Positions 9,445 through 20,556 of a stretch of 58,307 nt of DNA are shown here, piece by piece; position 1 is the stretch's first letter; each line of letters opens with the position of its first letter. The notes below the pieces were generated by a model. That model saw nothing but the letters and a program-made list of their open reading frames with translations, had not been told where the DNA came from and did no database searches. This stretch comes from Gammaproteobacteria bacterium (GTDB taxonomy: Bacteria > Pseudomonadota > Gammaproteobacteria > GCA-002705445 > GCA-002716945), in the NCBI GenBank assembly GCA_045561295.1, contig JBJKYD010000014.1, positions 1 through 58,307 on the forward strand, read 5' to 3'. Both the position numbers and the translations under genes were made by a program.

Positions 9445-10650
9445 TTACTTATTAATCGTTCTTGAAATATTGAAGAGTATTATACCAGTAATGAAGAATA
9501 AACCTATGCTAAGCATACCCAAGCGAGGATCATGTGTTAAGTAGGTTATTAAGCCAACTATTAAAGGTCCAATTAAAGCAGCAAATTTACCTAGCATATT
9601 ATAAATACCAAAATATTCTGAGTGTTTATTGTTTGGGATAAGTCGCGCATAGTATGATCGACTCAAAGCTTGAATCCCTCCTTGTACTAAACCTATAAGA
9701 GATGCAATTAAGTAAAATTCAAAAATACTATCTAAACTATATGCAAGGATAGTTATTACTAAATACATTATTAGACAGCCTATAATTGCCAATTCACATG
9801 TAAAATGTTCAGATATCTTATTTATCATTAAAGTTCCTGGAAATGCAACGAATTGTGTTACTAATAATGCGATAAGTAAGTCTGATGAGCTAAATCCGAG
9901 AGTTAAGCCATAATTAATAGCCATCCTTATGATAGTATCTACACCATCTATGTATATCCAGTAAGAAAGGAGAAATAAAAAAATAGGTTTGATAGATCTA
10001 ATTTCTTTAAAAGTGTCAAGCAGAGATGTTGATTTAGAATCTATTTTTTGTTCTGGCCAGTATAAAAAGAGAGGTATCATAAATATCAGCCACCAAGAAG
10101 CAGCAAAAATAAAAGATATTTTATTTGATGAAATGATCTCAATTGGAGAATCTGAATTAAAATAAAGAAACATTAATGTAAATACAAAAGCAAGGCCGCC
10201 ACCTAAATATCCTAGCGCATAACCCATTGAAGATATTTTATCGTATTTATGAGATTCAAAATTTAATAACATTGAATCATAAAATACATTAGACATCATA
10301 AATCCTAGAAGTGAGATAGAAAAAAATATTGATGCTAATACAAAGCTATCCTTAGAAATAAACGATAATATTAATGTAGAGATAATACTTAAGCTTGCAA
10401 ATAAAAGTAAGAATAATTTTTTATTTGAAAATTTGTCAGCCATTAGTCCAAATAATGGCGCTAAAAGTATAAGTATTAGGCTTGCTGATGAATTAGAAAT
10501 TCCAAGGTATAATGTTCTTTCAGAAGCTGGGATGGATGATGCAAAATATTCAGCAAAGATTATAGGAAAGAAACCTGCAAGTACTATAGTTGCATAAGCA
10601 GAGTTAGCCCAATCATAAAGTACCCAACTATAATATTTTTTAGAGTCCAA
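9445..10650 (-). CDS. MFS transporter (UMF1/BtlA/Atg22-like)
   Basis: YDWANSAY, GYALGYLGG, GGIQALSRSYY, GKFAALIGP; about 12 hydrophobic segments; TTG start. Confidence 0.88.
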   Translation of the reverse strand: MDSKKYYSWVLYDWANSAYATIVLAGFFPIIFAEYFASSIPASERTLYLGISNSSASLILILLAPLFGLMADKFSNKKLFLLLFASLSIISTLILSFISKDSFVLASIFFSISLLGFMMSNVFYDSMLLNFESHKYDKISSMGYALGYLGGGLAFVFTLMFLYFNSDSPIEIISSNKISFIFAASWWLIFMIPLFLYWPEQKIDSKSTSLLDTFKEIRSIKPIFLFLLSYWIYIDGVDTIIRMAINYGLTLGFSSSDLLIALLVTQFVAFPGTLMINKISEHFTCELAIIGCLIMYLVITILAYSLDSIFEFYLIASLIGLVQGGIQALSRSYYARLIPNNKHSEYFGIYNMLGKFAALIGPLIVGLITYLTHDPRLGMLSIGLFFITGIILFNISRTINK

Positions 10651-10660
10651 AATCTTATTC

Positions 10661-10747
10661 AGGAGACGGTGGGATTCGAACCCACGAGAGCTTTGACACC
10701 CTAACGGTTTTCAAGACCGGCCCATTCAACCACTCTGGCACGTCTCC
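10661..10747 (-). tRNA. tRNA-Ser (TGA)
   Basis: Acceptor GGAGACG/CGTCTCC, anticodon loop CTTGAAA, long variable arm, GTGGG-TTCGAAT-CCCAC; no encoded CCA. Confidence 0.95.
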
Positions 10748-10778
10748 GTAAGACGCTATTATAGATGAAAAGTAGAAA

Positions 10779-12032
10779 TTATGATAATTCAATGGTCTTA
10801 AAATCTAAATATTTATGTAGGACACTAGGAATAATAATTTGTTTACCATCAAAGCAGTTTTCAACAAGTGCAGCTAGTGTTCTACCTACTGCAAGTCCAG
10901 AACCATTTAAAGTATGTACAAAGTTTTTTTTCTTATCTTCTTTGAATTTAATATTAAGCCTACGAGATTGAAAATCACCAAAATTACTACAAGATGATAT
11001 CTCTCTGTATTTATTCTGACTAGGAAACCACACTTCAAGATCATAAGTTTTTTGTGATGAAAAACCAAGATCTCCAGTACATAGTTCTACTATTTGATAA
11101 GGAAGTTCTAGTTCATCTAATATAGATCTTGCTTGTAATGTAATATCTTCTAGTGCTTGTTGAGAATGATTTGGATGGACAATTTGGACAAGCTCAACTT
11201 TCTCAAATTGATGTTGTCTAATTATACCTTTTGTATCTAAACCATATGATCCAGCTTCAGATCTAAAACATGGGGTATGTGCAGTCATCATAATGGGTAG
11301 GTCTTTAAATGATATAATCATATCTCTATATATATTAGTTAAAGGAACTTCTGCCGTTGGTATTAGGTATAAGTTAGAATTTGATATTTTAAACAAGTCT
11401 TCTTCGAATTTTGGTAACTGCCCTGTTCCTGTAAGGCTCGCAGAATTACATATATATGGAACATTATGCTCTATATATTTTTTTTTGATGTGTGAAGATA
11501 ACATAAAATTAATAAGCGCCCGATGAAGTGATGCAACTTTATCCTTGAGTACCACAAAACGTGATTGTGTGATTTTTACACCCTCTTCAAAACTAATCAT
11601 TTGAATGGATTCTAAAATATCTGCATGTTCTTTGGTGTTAGCACCTTTTGGCTCATTAACTTTTTCTATTAAACTATTATCCTTATCAGAATCTCCAATA
11701 GGACAAGAAGGATGAGGCAGATTTGGAATATGAAGTAGATGGTCATTTAATACATCTTCTAACTTCTCAAGAGATGATTTTAATAATTGTACTTCATCAT
11801 CAATCTTTTTGGATTGATTCATTAATTTTTCTTTTTCTTCATCAGATGATACTGTTCGAAATGAATCAGATATAATATTTTTATCTCCAGCAAGCTGTTC
11901 TTTTTTTTGTATAATTTTCTTTCTTTCTTGAGCTTTATCTTCTATAAACGACAAATCTAACTCATAACCCCTGGTTAATAATGCATTAGACACATCTTGT
12001 GGATTATTCAGAATGTTTTTTAAATCAAGCAT
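10779..12032 (-). CDS. serS: Serine--tRNA ligase
   Basis: GTGQLPKFEEDLF, LIPTAEVP, FRSEAG, RQHQFEKVE, EISSCS, HTLNGSGLAVGR. Confidence 0.98.
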   Translation of the reverse strand: MLDLKNILNNPQDVSNALLTRGYELDLSFIEDKAQERKKIIQKKEQLAGDKNIISDSFRTVSSDEEKEKLMNQSKKIDDEVQLLKSSLEKLEDVLNDHLLHIPNLPHPSCPIGDSDKDNSLIEKVNEPKGANTKEHADILESIQMISFEEGVKITQSRFVVLKDKVASLHRALINFMLSSHIKKKYIEHNVPYICNSASLTGTGQLPKFEEDLFKISNSNLYLIPTAEVPLTNIYRDMIISFKDLPIMMTAHTPCFRSEAGSYGLDTKGIIRQHQFEKVELVQIVHPNHSQQALEDITLQARSILDELELPYQIVELCTGDLGFSSQKTYDLEVWFPSQNKYREISSCSNFGDFQSRRLNIKFKEDKKKNFVHTLNGSGLAVGRTLAALVENCFDGKQIIIPSVLHKYLDFKTIELS

Positions 12033-12037
12033 GTTAT

Positions 12038-14239
12038 TTATAAAATTTCTCTATTACCATTGCTTTGCGGTTCTGACAGAATACCTTTTGCTTCCATAGC
12101 TTCAATTAAATTAGCTGCTCGATTATAACCAATTTTAAGCTTTCTTTGTAAGAAAGATATAGATGTCTTTTTAGTCTCCTTAACAATATTTACTGCCTCA
12201 TTATATAATTCATCTGATGTCTCATTTATTTCAGTTTGTGCCTCTGGCTCATCATCATCTAGAAGAATAGATTCAATTTCTTCATTACGTTTCTGGTCTC
12301 TAAGAAAATCTGCAACTTTTGTTATTTCTCCTTCACTAACATAAGCTCCATGGATTCTCTGAAGTATATTTGTCCCAGAACCTCTAAATAACATATCGCC
12401 AAGACCAAGAAGTTGCTCTGCCCCCATTGAATCTAGAATTGTTCTTGAATCAATATTTGAAGATACTTTAAGCCCAATACGTGTTGGGATATTAGCTTTT
12501 ATGAGGCCAGTGATTACATTAACAGATGGTCTTTGCGTAGCAAGAATAAGATGTATGCCTGCGGCACGAGCTTTTTGTGATAAACGTATTATCAAATCCT
12601 CAACTTTTTTTCCGACAGTCTGCATCATATCCGCAAATTCATCTACAACTACGACGATATAAGGTAATTTTTCATGAAATCTCTCATTATTTCCCTCAGT
12701 AGGTCCATAAACAGAATTAATGCCCTCTTCTTTGTCTTTCTTAATTTGTTTATTGTAGGATTGGATGTTTCTTACATTTAGATCCATCATATACCGATAT
12801 CTTCTGTCCATTTCTTGGACACACCAATGAAGAACGCTTTTTGCTTCATTCATATCTGTAACAACCGGATGTAATAAATGTGGTAAGCCTTCATAAGTGC
12901 TTAACTCCAGCATCTTAGGGTCTATCATAAGAAACTTTAAATCATCTGTATCATGTTTGTAGAGTAAGCTTACAATCATTGAGTGTACTGCTACAGATTT
13001 ACCTGAACCTGTAGTTCCTGCAACTAGCAAGTGAGGTAATTTATGTAAATCAACACAAACTGGTTTACCCTGAATATCTTTTCCAAGAGCCATGGTAAGA
13101 GAAGCTTTTGAATTTTCATATTCTTTTGAACTAATTATATCTTTCAATGACACTGTCTCTCTATCATCATTAGGAATTTCAATACCTATATGTGCAGTAC
13201 CTGGAACTGTTTCAACAACTCTCAGGCTAGGAACTGTCATTGTTCTAGCCAAGTCTTTACTTATAGTATTTATGGTTGCAGCTTTTGTCCCAGCTACAGG
13301 CTCAATTTCAAATAAAGTTACGATTGGACCTGGTTTAACAGCTTTAACTTTTGCAGATATTCCGTAATGACTTAGATTTTGTTCTAACATTTCCGACATT
13401 AGTTTTAAAGATTCTTCATTATGATTAATTATTTCAGAATCATGTTGTTCAAGAAATTCTAATAGAGGAAGTTTACTGCTTGAATCACTAAAAAGAATTT
13501 GCTGCTTTTCTTTGAACGCCCTTTTACTTTCAATAGGCTTTGGTTTTATAATTTCAACTTCAGCATCATTTGATTTTTTCTCAACTTTGTTATTAAGGTT
13601 AGTCTTTTTCTGTTTAGCTAGCTGCATTCTTAAATTGATTTGTTCATACATAGAGGTAACTTTGTACTTTGTCTTTAAATATATATATGTGGATATTTTG
13701 ATAGCTTTATTTATAGTACTTGATACTGAAATATCGAAATAGTAAGTAAAAGAGTATATAAGGCACATTACAGAGGCTAGCAAAGAACCGTAAGTGCCAA
13801 TGTAGTTAGATAAATGGTAAAACGATATATGACCTAGGTATCCACCTGACCCAGCTTGTATATATTCTGAAATCATAGAGAGACTAAAAAGAAGTATTAC
13901 AATTAATGATATTTTTTTAAAAGATAAAGACTTTTCATTTGTGATTAAAATTCTATATTTCTGTAAAGCTAGATATATTAGTAGAGCTGTAAGAAAATAA
14001 GAAGTTTTTCCAAGTATCATAAAAGTAATATGAGAAATATATGATCCAAATATACCAATGTAGTTATTTATTGTATTTCCAAGGCCTGTTTTAAAAAAAT
14101 TAGGGTCTGATGGATCATGAGAGATAATAGATAATGCAAAAAGGAGAGTGAATGCTAGAAAGAAGAAATTGTATATTTCTTTCGGCAAATAACTCAATTT
14201 TGTTTGGGTAAACTTTTTGTTTCTTTTTATTTGAGCCAA
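12038..14239 (-). CDS. ftsK: DNA translocase FtsK
   Basis: N-terminal TM domain, AGTTGSGKS, DEFADMM, ATQRPS, gamma domain LQRKLKIGYNRAA. Confidence 0.97.
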   Translation of the reverse strand: MAQIKRNKKFTQTKLSYLPKEIYNFFFLAFTLLFALSIISHDPSDPNFFKTGLGNTINNYIGIFGSYISHITFMILGKTSYFLTALLIYLALQKYRILITNEKSLSFKKISLIVILLFSLSMISEYIQAGSGGYLGHISFYHLSNYIGTYGSLLASVMCLIYSFTYYFDISVSSTINKAIKISTYIYLKTKYKVTSMYEQINLRMQLAKQKKTNLNNKVEKKSNDAEVEIIKPKPIESKRAFKEKQQILFSDSSSKLPLLEFLEQHDSEIINHNEESLKLMSEMLEQNLSHYGISAKVKAVKPGPIVTLFEIEPVAGTKAATINTISKDLARTMTVPSLRVVETVPGTAHIGIEIPNDDRETVSLKDIISSKEYENSKASLTMALGKDIQGKPVCVDLHKLPHLLVAGTTGSGKSVAVHSMIVSLLYKHDTDDLKFLMIDPKMLELSTYEGLPHLLHPVVTDMNEAKSVLHWCVQEMDRRYRYMMDLNVRNIQSYNKQIKKDKEEGINSVYGPTEGNNERFHEKLPYIVVVVDEFADMMQTVGKKVEDLIIRLSQKARAAGIHLILATQRPSVNVITGLIKANIPTRIGLKVSSNIDSRTILDSMGAEQLLGLGDMLFRGSGTNILQRIHGAYVSEGEITKVADFLRDQKRNEEIESILLDDDEPEAQTEINETSDELYNEAVNIVKETKKTSISFLQRKLKIGYNRAANLIEAMEAKGILSEPQSNGNREIL

Positions 14240-14332
14240 ATGTACCTCTATCTATAAGAATTATACAAATTTTTCTTAATAATATATACATATATAATGG
14301 AAACAAATTATTGTGTATAATACTCAGATTAA

Positions 14333-15298
<966 letters not shown>

Positions 15299-15299
15299 T

Positions 15300-15470
15300 T
15301 TATATACTATTTCCCATAAAATGCATTCCAAGAATATACACAAAAAGTACAATCAATACATAATAAGCTAACGATAAGATATAGTGTATAAATTCATACT
15401 TGGGGTTAATTTTTTTTCGAGAAAATGCAAGTACTAAAATACCAAGAAATAATATCAGAAGAATTCTCAT
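15300..15470 (-). CDS. Small two-TM membrane protein (56 aa), absent from the ORF track
   Basis: MRILLILFLGILVLAFSRKKINPKYEFIHYILSLAYYVLIVLFVYILGMHFMGNSI; ATGA overlap with the thrC stop, AGAAGG upstream, fills the trxB-thrC gap. Confidence 0.7.
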   Translation of the reverse strand: MRILLILFLGILVLAFSRKKINPKYEFIHYILSLAYYVLIVLFVYILGMHFMGNSI

Positions 15471-16867
15471 GATACCTTCTTGTTAATTATATCTTTTATC
15501 TCTTCAATATTATTGTTGGCAATCATCATATTTTCTTCCATAGTATCAAGATTTTTAACTTTGTCTGTAATAAATGAATCATTAGATATAATCTTAGATA
15601 CCGTATCTTTAAATTTCGCAGGATGAGCTGTAGAGAGAGTCACCAGTATGTCATTAGCGGTGGATTGTTTTTTTCCACATGATACTCCAACAGCAGTATG
15701 AGGATCTAATGTAATATCATGATCAACATAGTATTGAAGCATAATATCTTTTACCTCATCTTCTGTGGCAGTATCAGAAGAAAAGTAATTGTTTATATAT
15801 GATCTACTTTTTTCTGATAAATTAAATACCCCCTCTTTTTTCAGACTATGCATTATTTCTTGAATATATTTTGAATCCTTACAAGAATCATAAACTAATC
15901 TCTCAAAATTACTTGATATTTGAATATCAATACTTGGAGACGTTGTGCTCACTACACCTTTAATAGAATGATCGCCTGATCGTAAAGTTCTATCTAAAAT
16001 ATTATTCTCATTTGTTGCTATATTTAGTTTTTTAAACTTTAAGCCCATTTTTTTTGATATATACCCAGCCAAAATATCGCCAAAATTGCCAGTTGGCACT
16101 GAATAAATTATATTTTCATTATCTTTGATTCTACTAGCTGAGTAAAAATAATATGTGATTTGACACATTATTCTGGCCCAATTAATAGAATTAATGGCGC
16201 CTAAATTATTAGATTTCTTGTATTCTTCATCAGAAAATATTTCTTTAATTATATTTTGACAGTCATCAAAATTACCTTTTACCGCAATATTGATTATATT
16301 TTCTGAATTAATAGTAGTCATAAATTTTCTTTGTGTTGGAGAAATAAGATTATAAGGATGCAATATAAAAACATTTGATGATTTAATATTTTCAAAACCA
16401 TATATTGCAGCAGATCCTGTATCTCCCGACGTCGCACCAAGGATGTTAATATGACTATTATCTTTAGTTAAGTAATAATCCATTATTCTCGATATAAACT
16501 GCATAGCAATATCTTTGAAGGCATAAGTCGGGCCATGAAATAACTCTAATAAATATTCATTATTATTGATTTTTCTTAATGGAGTAATTTCATTGTTAGT
16601 AAAATTTTTATATGAGTGATGTATTATCTCCTTAAGGGTATCTTCAGAAATAGTTTCATCTAAGTAAGGCTTAAAAACATGATATGCAATTTCTTGATAA
16701 GACATATCGGAAAATGATTCAATAAGTTTTGAATCAAGTACTGGCCAAGAACTAGGTACATATAATCCACCATCTGATGCTAATCCCTCAAAAATAACAT
16801 CTTTGAAGCCAAGCTCTCTTGCTTTTCCACGAGTACTTTTATAAATCATTGAACTAGATTCAGTCAT
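15467..16867 (-). CDS. thrC: Threonine synthase (start ATG 16867 or 16849)
   Basis: STRG, DGGLYVP, ELFHGPTYAFKD (PLP Lys), ATSGDTG, NSINWAR, TAHPAKF. Confidence 0.96.
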   Translation of the reverse strand: MTESSSMIYKSTRGKARELGFKDVIFEGLASDGGLYVPSSWPVLDSKLIESFSDMSYQEIAYHVFKPYLDETISEDTLKEIIHHSYKNFTNNEITPLRKINNNEYLLELFHGPTYAFKDIAMQFISRIMDYYLTKDNSHINILGATSGDTGSAAIYGFENIKSSNVFILHPYNLISPTQRKFMTTINSENIINIAVKGNFDDCQNIIKEIFSDEEYKKSNNLGAINSINWARIMCQITYYFYSASRIKDNENIIYSVPTGNFGDILAGYISKKMGLKFKKLNIATNENNILDRTLRSGDHSIKGVVSTTSPSIDIQISSNFERLVYDSCKDSKYIQEIMHSLKKEGVFNLSEKSRSYINNYFSSDTATEDEVKDIMLQYYVDHDITLDPHTAVGVSCGKKQSTANDILVTLSTAHPAKFKDTVSKIISNDSFITDKVKNLDTMEENMMIANNNIEEIKDIINKKVS

Positions 16868-18149
16868 TATCATTAAAGACACGAATTAGATTAACCTTAC
16901 CGCTTATATTATCTAAAGATTCAATTGTATTGATAGAAGAAAGAATAGATTTATATGATACAGAATTCGTAATCATTACTATTGGGATTAATTTATCATC
17001 TTTCAATGGTTCATGTTGTGTAACAGCTTCTATACTAATTTTATGAGATGCAAGAGTAGATGTTACTTCAGCCATTACTCCTGGGACATCATTTGCGAAT
17101 ATTCTCAGATAGTATTGACTGCATATATCATTAATATTCATAACGCTAACTAATTCATCATTAGTGTCTTTTTTAGAATCGCGATCCAAATCTTTATGAC
17201 TATAATTACAATAGTCTGAAATGTTTGAAACAACTGCTGATGCTGTAGCATCACCACCAGCTCCATGTCCATACAGAAGTGATGTGCCAAAACGATCTCC
17301 TCGTGTACTTACGGCATTCATTACTCCATCTATATTAGATAAAATATTAGTCTGGTGTATCAAAACGGGATGTGCTCTGCATTCTATTTGTGAATTAGTT
17401 CTTTTTGCTAGTGCAATATGCTTTATCTTATAACCGAGCTCTGTTGCATAATCTATATCCATAGTCTCAATAGATTCTATACCTTCGATATGCATGTTCT
17501 TATATGGTGATTTAATATTGTATGCGAGCATAGCAAGAATAGATATCTTATGGGCTGCATCAAAACCGCCTATATCAAAAGTAGGGTCAGCTTCTGCATA
17601 ACCTAATTCTTTTGCATTCTTTAAGGCCTCAGAAAAATCTTTATTATCTGATGACATTTGATCTAAAATATAATTACAAGTTCCATTAACTATGCCACTG
17701 ATAGATAATATATTTTCATTTAACATATTATGTGTTAAAGCATTTATGATAGGCACTGCACCTGCAACTGCAGCTTCAAAACCAAGGTAGACTTTATTTT
17801 TTTTTGATAGCTCAAATAACTCATCGCCATGTTCTGCAATTAATGCTTTATTTGCAGTTATAACAGATTTTTTATTTTGAATAGCTTTTTTGACAAGTTG
17901 AAGTGCAATTTCACAACCCCCAATTAATTCAATTATTAAATTACAATCCGAATCAATAACACTCAGAATGTCTGAGGAAAATTCAATACTATCATGATTG
18001 AATTTTTTTTTATCTATAGATCTGTCAATGATTATAGCAATCTCTACATCTTGCCCACAGTTCTTTGATATTAAATCTTGATATTTAATAAAATGATCAA
18101 CAAAACTTTTACCAACAGTTCCTAATCCACACACAGCTATCTTAAGCAT
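16860..18149 (-). CDS. hom: Homoserine dehydrogenase with C-terminal ACT domain
   Basis: GLGTVG, TANKAL, EAAVAGAVP, NGTCNYIL, GYAEADP. Confidence 0.96.
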   Translation of the reverse strand: MLKIAVCGLGTVGKSFVDHFIKYQDLISKNCGQDVEIAIIIDRSIDKKKFNHDSIEFSSDILSVIDSDCNLIIELIGGCEIALQLVKKAIQNKKSVITANKALIAEHGDELFELSKKNKVYLGFEAAVAGAVPIINALTHNMLNENILSISGIVNGTCNYILDQMSSDNKDFSEALKNAKELGYAEADPTFDIGGFDAAHKISILAMLAYNIKSPYKNMHIEGIESIETMDIDYATELGYKIKHIALAKRTNSQIECRAHPVLIHQTNILSNIDGVMNAVSTRGDRFGTSLLYGHGAGGDATASAVVSNISDYCNYSHKDLDRDSKKDTNDELVSVMNINDICSQYYLRIFANDVPGVMAEVTSTLASHKISIEAVTQHEPLKDDKLIPIVMITNSVSYKSILSSINTIESLDNISGKVNLIRVFNDND

Positions 18150-18207
18150 TTATACTCCTATATAATGAGGATATAATATCATTAATATTTATTAATTTCC
18201 CGAGATA

Positions 18208-18570
18208 ATGGAACTAGTTGAAGACAAGCATAATAGTGACTTTAATATAAAAAAATATATTAATAACACGATCATAATTAATGATAATTCATATTCTGAA
18301 CCAATAATAATTTTTGACAAAAAAATCTCTAACTTTTCTATAGATAAACCAAATTTAATTAACATCAATGATATTGAGCAATATCTTGATTCGATTACAT
18401 TAGTACTTATCGGTACGGGAGAAAGTACAATCTTGCCTAATCAGGATTTAATAGAGTTGATGTACAAAAAAAATAAAGGGTTAGAGTTTATGAATACTGA
18501 TTCTGCATGTAAAACACATAATATATTGTTATCTGAAAGTCGCTCGTTTATCTCAATACTTTATCCATAA
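18208..18570 (+). CDS. Mth938-like domain protein
   Basis: LIGTG, GLEFMNTDSACKTHNILLSESR. Confidence 0.85.
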   Translation: MELVEDKHNSDFNIKKYINNTIIINDNSYSEPIIIFDKKISNFSIDKPNLININDIEQYLDSITLVLIGTGESTILPNQDLIELMYKKNKGLEFMNTDSACKTHNILLSESRSFISILYP

Positions 18571-19113
18571 AATCAAAATAAGTATTACAAATATTGCTAT
18601 AACCAATAAGTACTTATTAATAATCTTAAGAATAGATTCTCCGAATCGCATACATATAAATGATACGAGGAAAAATCTTGCTGATCGCCCGATAATTGAG
18701 ATGATGGTGAATAAGAGTATATTATAACTAAGCACTCCTGCACTTATTGTAAATACTTTATAGGGGATGGGCGTGAATGCTGCAATAAACAAAAAGATAA
18801 TACCATAAGTCTCGAACATTGATTTCGCTTCTAAATATTGGCCATATTTATTGAATTGATGAAGATAAGTCTCTATTAAATCAAATAGATAATAACCTAG
18901 ACAGTATCCAACTATTCCGCCTAATACTGACCAAAAAGAGGCAATGAGTGTTATGCGAATCCAATTATGCTTTCTGGATAATACCATAGGGGCTAATAAA
19001 GTATCAGTTGGTATTGGGAAGAAGATAGATTCAGTAAAACTAAGTATTCTTAGATAGACTAAAGATTTTGTTGAGCCACATTTATTTATAACATTAAGAA
19101 TAATGTTTTTCAT
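18553..19113 (-). CDS. YqaA/DedA-family membrane protein
   Basis: SFTESIFFPIP, FTPIPYKVFTISAG, GRSARFF; follows pcm. Confidence 0.9.
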   Translation of the reverse strand: MKNIILNVINKCGSTKSLVYLRILSFTESIFFPIPTDTLLAPMVLSRKHNWIRITLIASFWSVLGGIVGYCLGYYLFDLIETYLHQFNKYGQYLEAKSMFETYGIIFLFIAAFTPIPYKVFTISAGVLSYNILLFTIISIIGRSARFFLVSFICMRFGESILKIINKYLLVIAIFVILILILWIKY

Positions 19114-19778
19114 GTATTCTCAACACCTTTAAGCATTGGGACAAATACTACATCCTCAATAATCTTTTTTATAATTCCATTTTTAGTATTCTTTAATTTA
19201 GTAAGTTTTTGTTCGCCTTTATGCATAAGCGGAAGTACAATTCTTCCTGTTGGTGAGAGCTGATTAACGAGAGTCTCTGGTAAGTCATCTGCAACTGCTG
19301 TAATGATAATGGCATCATAGGGAGCATTATTAAGAAAGCCTAAGTGTCCATCTCCAAGAATGAAAGAAATATTCTTAAAGCCTAAGTGATTTAATTTCTT
19401 TTTTGATTGTTCGTGTAAGGTACTAATTCTCTCAATTGTAGTAACTTTTTTAAAAAGCATAGACAATATAGATGTTTGATAGCCAGATCCTGTTCCAATT
19501 TCTAATACATGATTCATGGAATTCGTTTCATGTAATAATTCAGTCATCTTTGCAACCATGTATGGCTGTGATATTGTCTGCTTGAAACCAATTGGTAACG
19601 ATACATTTTCATATGCTCTATTAGCTAATGCCGTATCAAGAAATAGGTGTCTAGGCATATTTGAAATCAAGTTTAGAACTTCAGGATTTTTAATACCTAA
19701 CCCCTTAAGTTCATGAATAAGTTTTTCTCTACTAGATTGTGAAGTTAATCCTGTTCCTTTTATACTGTTTATATCCAT
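19110..19778 (-). CDS. pcm: Protein-L-isoaspartate O-methyltransferase
   Basis: QTISQPYMVA, LEIGTGSGYQ, APYDAII, FVPM. Confidence 0.96.
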   Translation of the reverse strand: MDINSIKGTGLTSQSSREKLIHELKGLGIKNPEVLNLISNMPRHLFLDTALANRAYENVSLPIGFKQTISQPYMVAKMTELLHETNSMNHVLEIGTGSGYQTSILSMLFKKVTTIERISTLHEQSKKKLNHLGFKNISFILGDGHLGFLNNAPYDAIIITAVADDLPETLVNQLSPTGRIVLPLMHKGEQKLTKLKNTKNGIIKKIIEDVVFVPMLKGVENT

Positions 19779-19781
19779 AAA

Positions 19782-20504
19782 TTATTTTATTTTGTTGTAT
19801 ACTTCGCTATTAGTCATATCGATTGTAAGCGGTGTAATTGAAATAAATCCTTTCTCAATTGCATGAAAATCATTTCCTTCTGCCGAAATACCCTTTCCTA
19901 CTCCTCCAATATTAAAATATCTGTTTTTATTTTTTTTTAGAGGTAATGCTTTGAGCGGCTGCTTCCTTTTACCAAGCTTAGTGATTTTAAAGCCTTTAAT
20001 TTTAGAAAATGGAAGGTCAGGTATATTTATATTAATAATGGCTTTCTGAGATATTAATTTATGAAATATATACTCAATTATATACTTAAGTTTGTAATTG
20101 AGATCAGTGATGTGCTCTGGATTTTTTGATGCGATTGATATAGCAACAGATCCATATTTAGAGTGTCTTCCTTCAATTGCTGCTCCTACAGTGCCGGAAT
20201 AAATAACATCATCACCCATGTTAGAACCAATATTGACTCCACTAAATACAATGTCAGGATTTTTTTTCATTATACCTCTTGATCCAATATGAACACAATC
20301 AGCAGGAGTACCATATATTTTATAAAAATTTTTTGATATTTTTTTAATCTGAACAGGGCTATGAACACTTAAGCAGCTGCTGGACGCACTTATATCACGA
20401 TGGGGAGCAACTGTAGTAACATCGCCATATTCTTCTAATACGTTTTTCAGAACTTTCAATCCTGATGACTTATAACCATCATCATTAGATAACAAAATAT
20501 TCAC
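19782..20504 (-). CDS. surE: 5'/3'-nucleotidase SurE
   Basis: ILLSNDDG, GTPADCV, YSGTVGAAIEG, ISITPL. Confidence 0.96.
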   Translation of the reverse strand: MNILLSNDDGYKSSGLKVLKNVLEEYGDVTTVAPHRDISASSSCLSVHSPVQIKKISKNFYKIYGTPADCVHIGSRGIMKKNPDIVFSGVNIGSNMGDDVIYSGTVGAAIEGRHSKYGSVAISIASKNPEHITDLNYKLKYIIEYIFHKLISQKAIININIPDLPFSKIKGFKITKLGKRKQPLKALPLKKNKNRYFNIGGVGKGISAEGNDFHAIEKGFISITPLTIDMTNSEVYNKIK

Positions 20505-20556
20505 AATTACTCCATATATGGCTATGATTAGTGTACATAATATCTCTTAATGTAAT

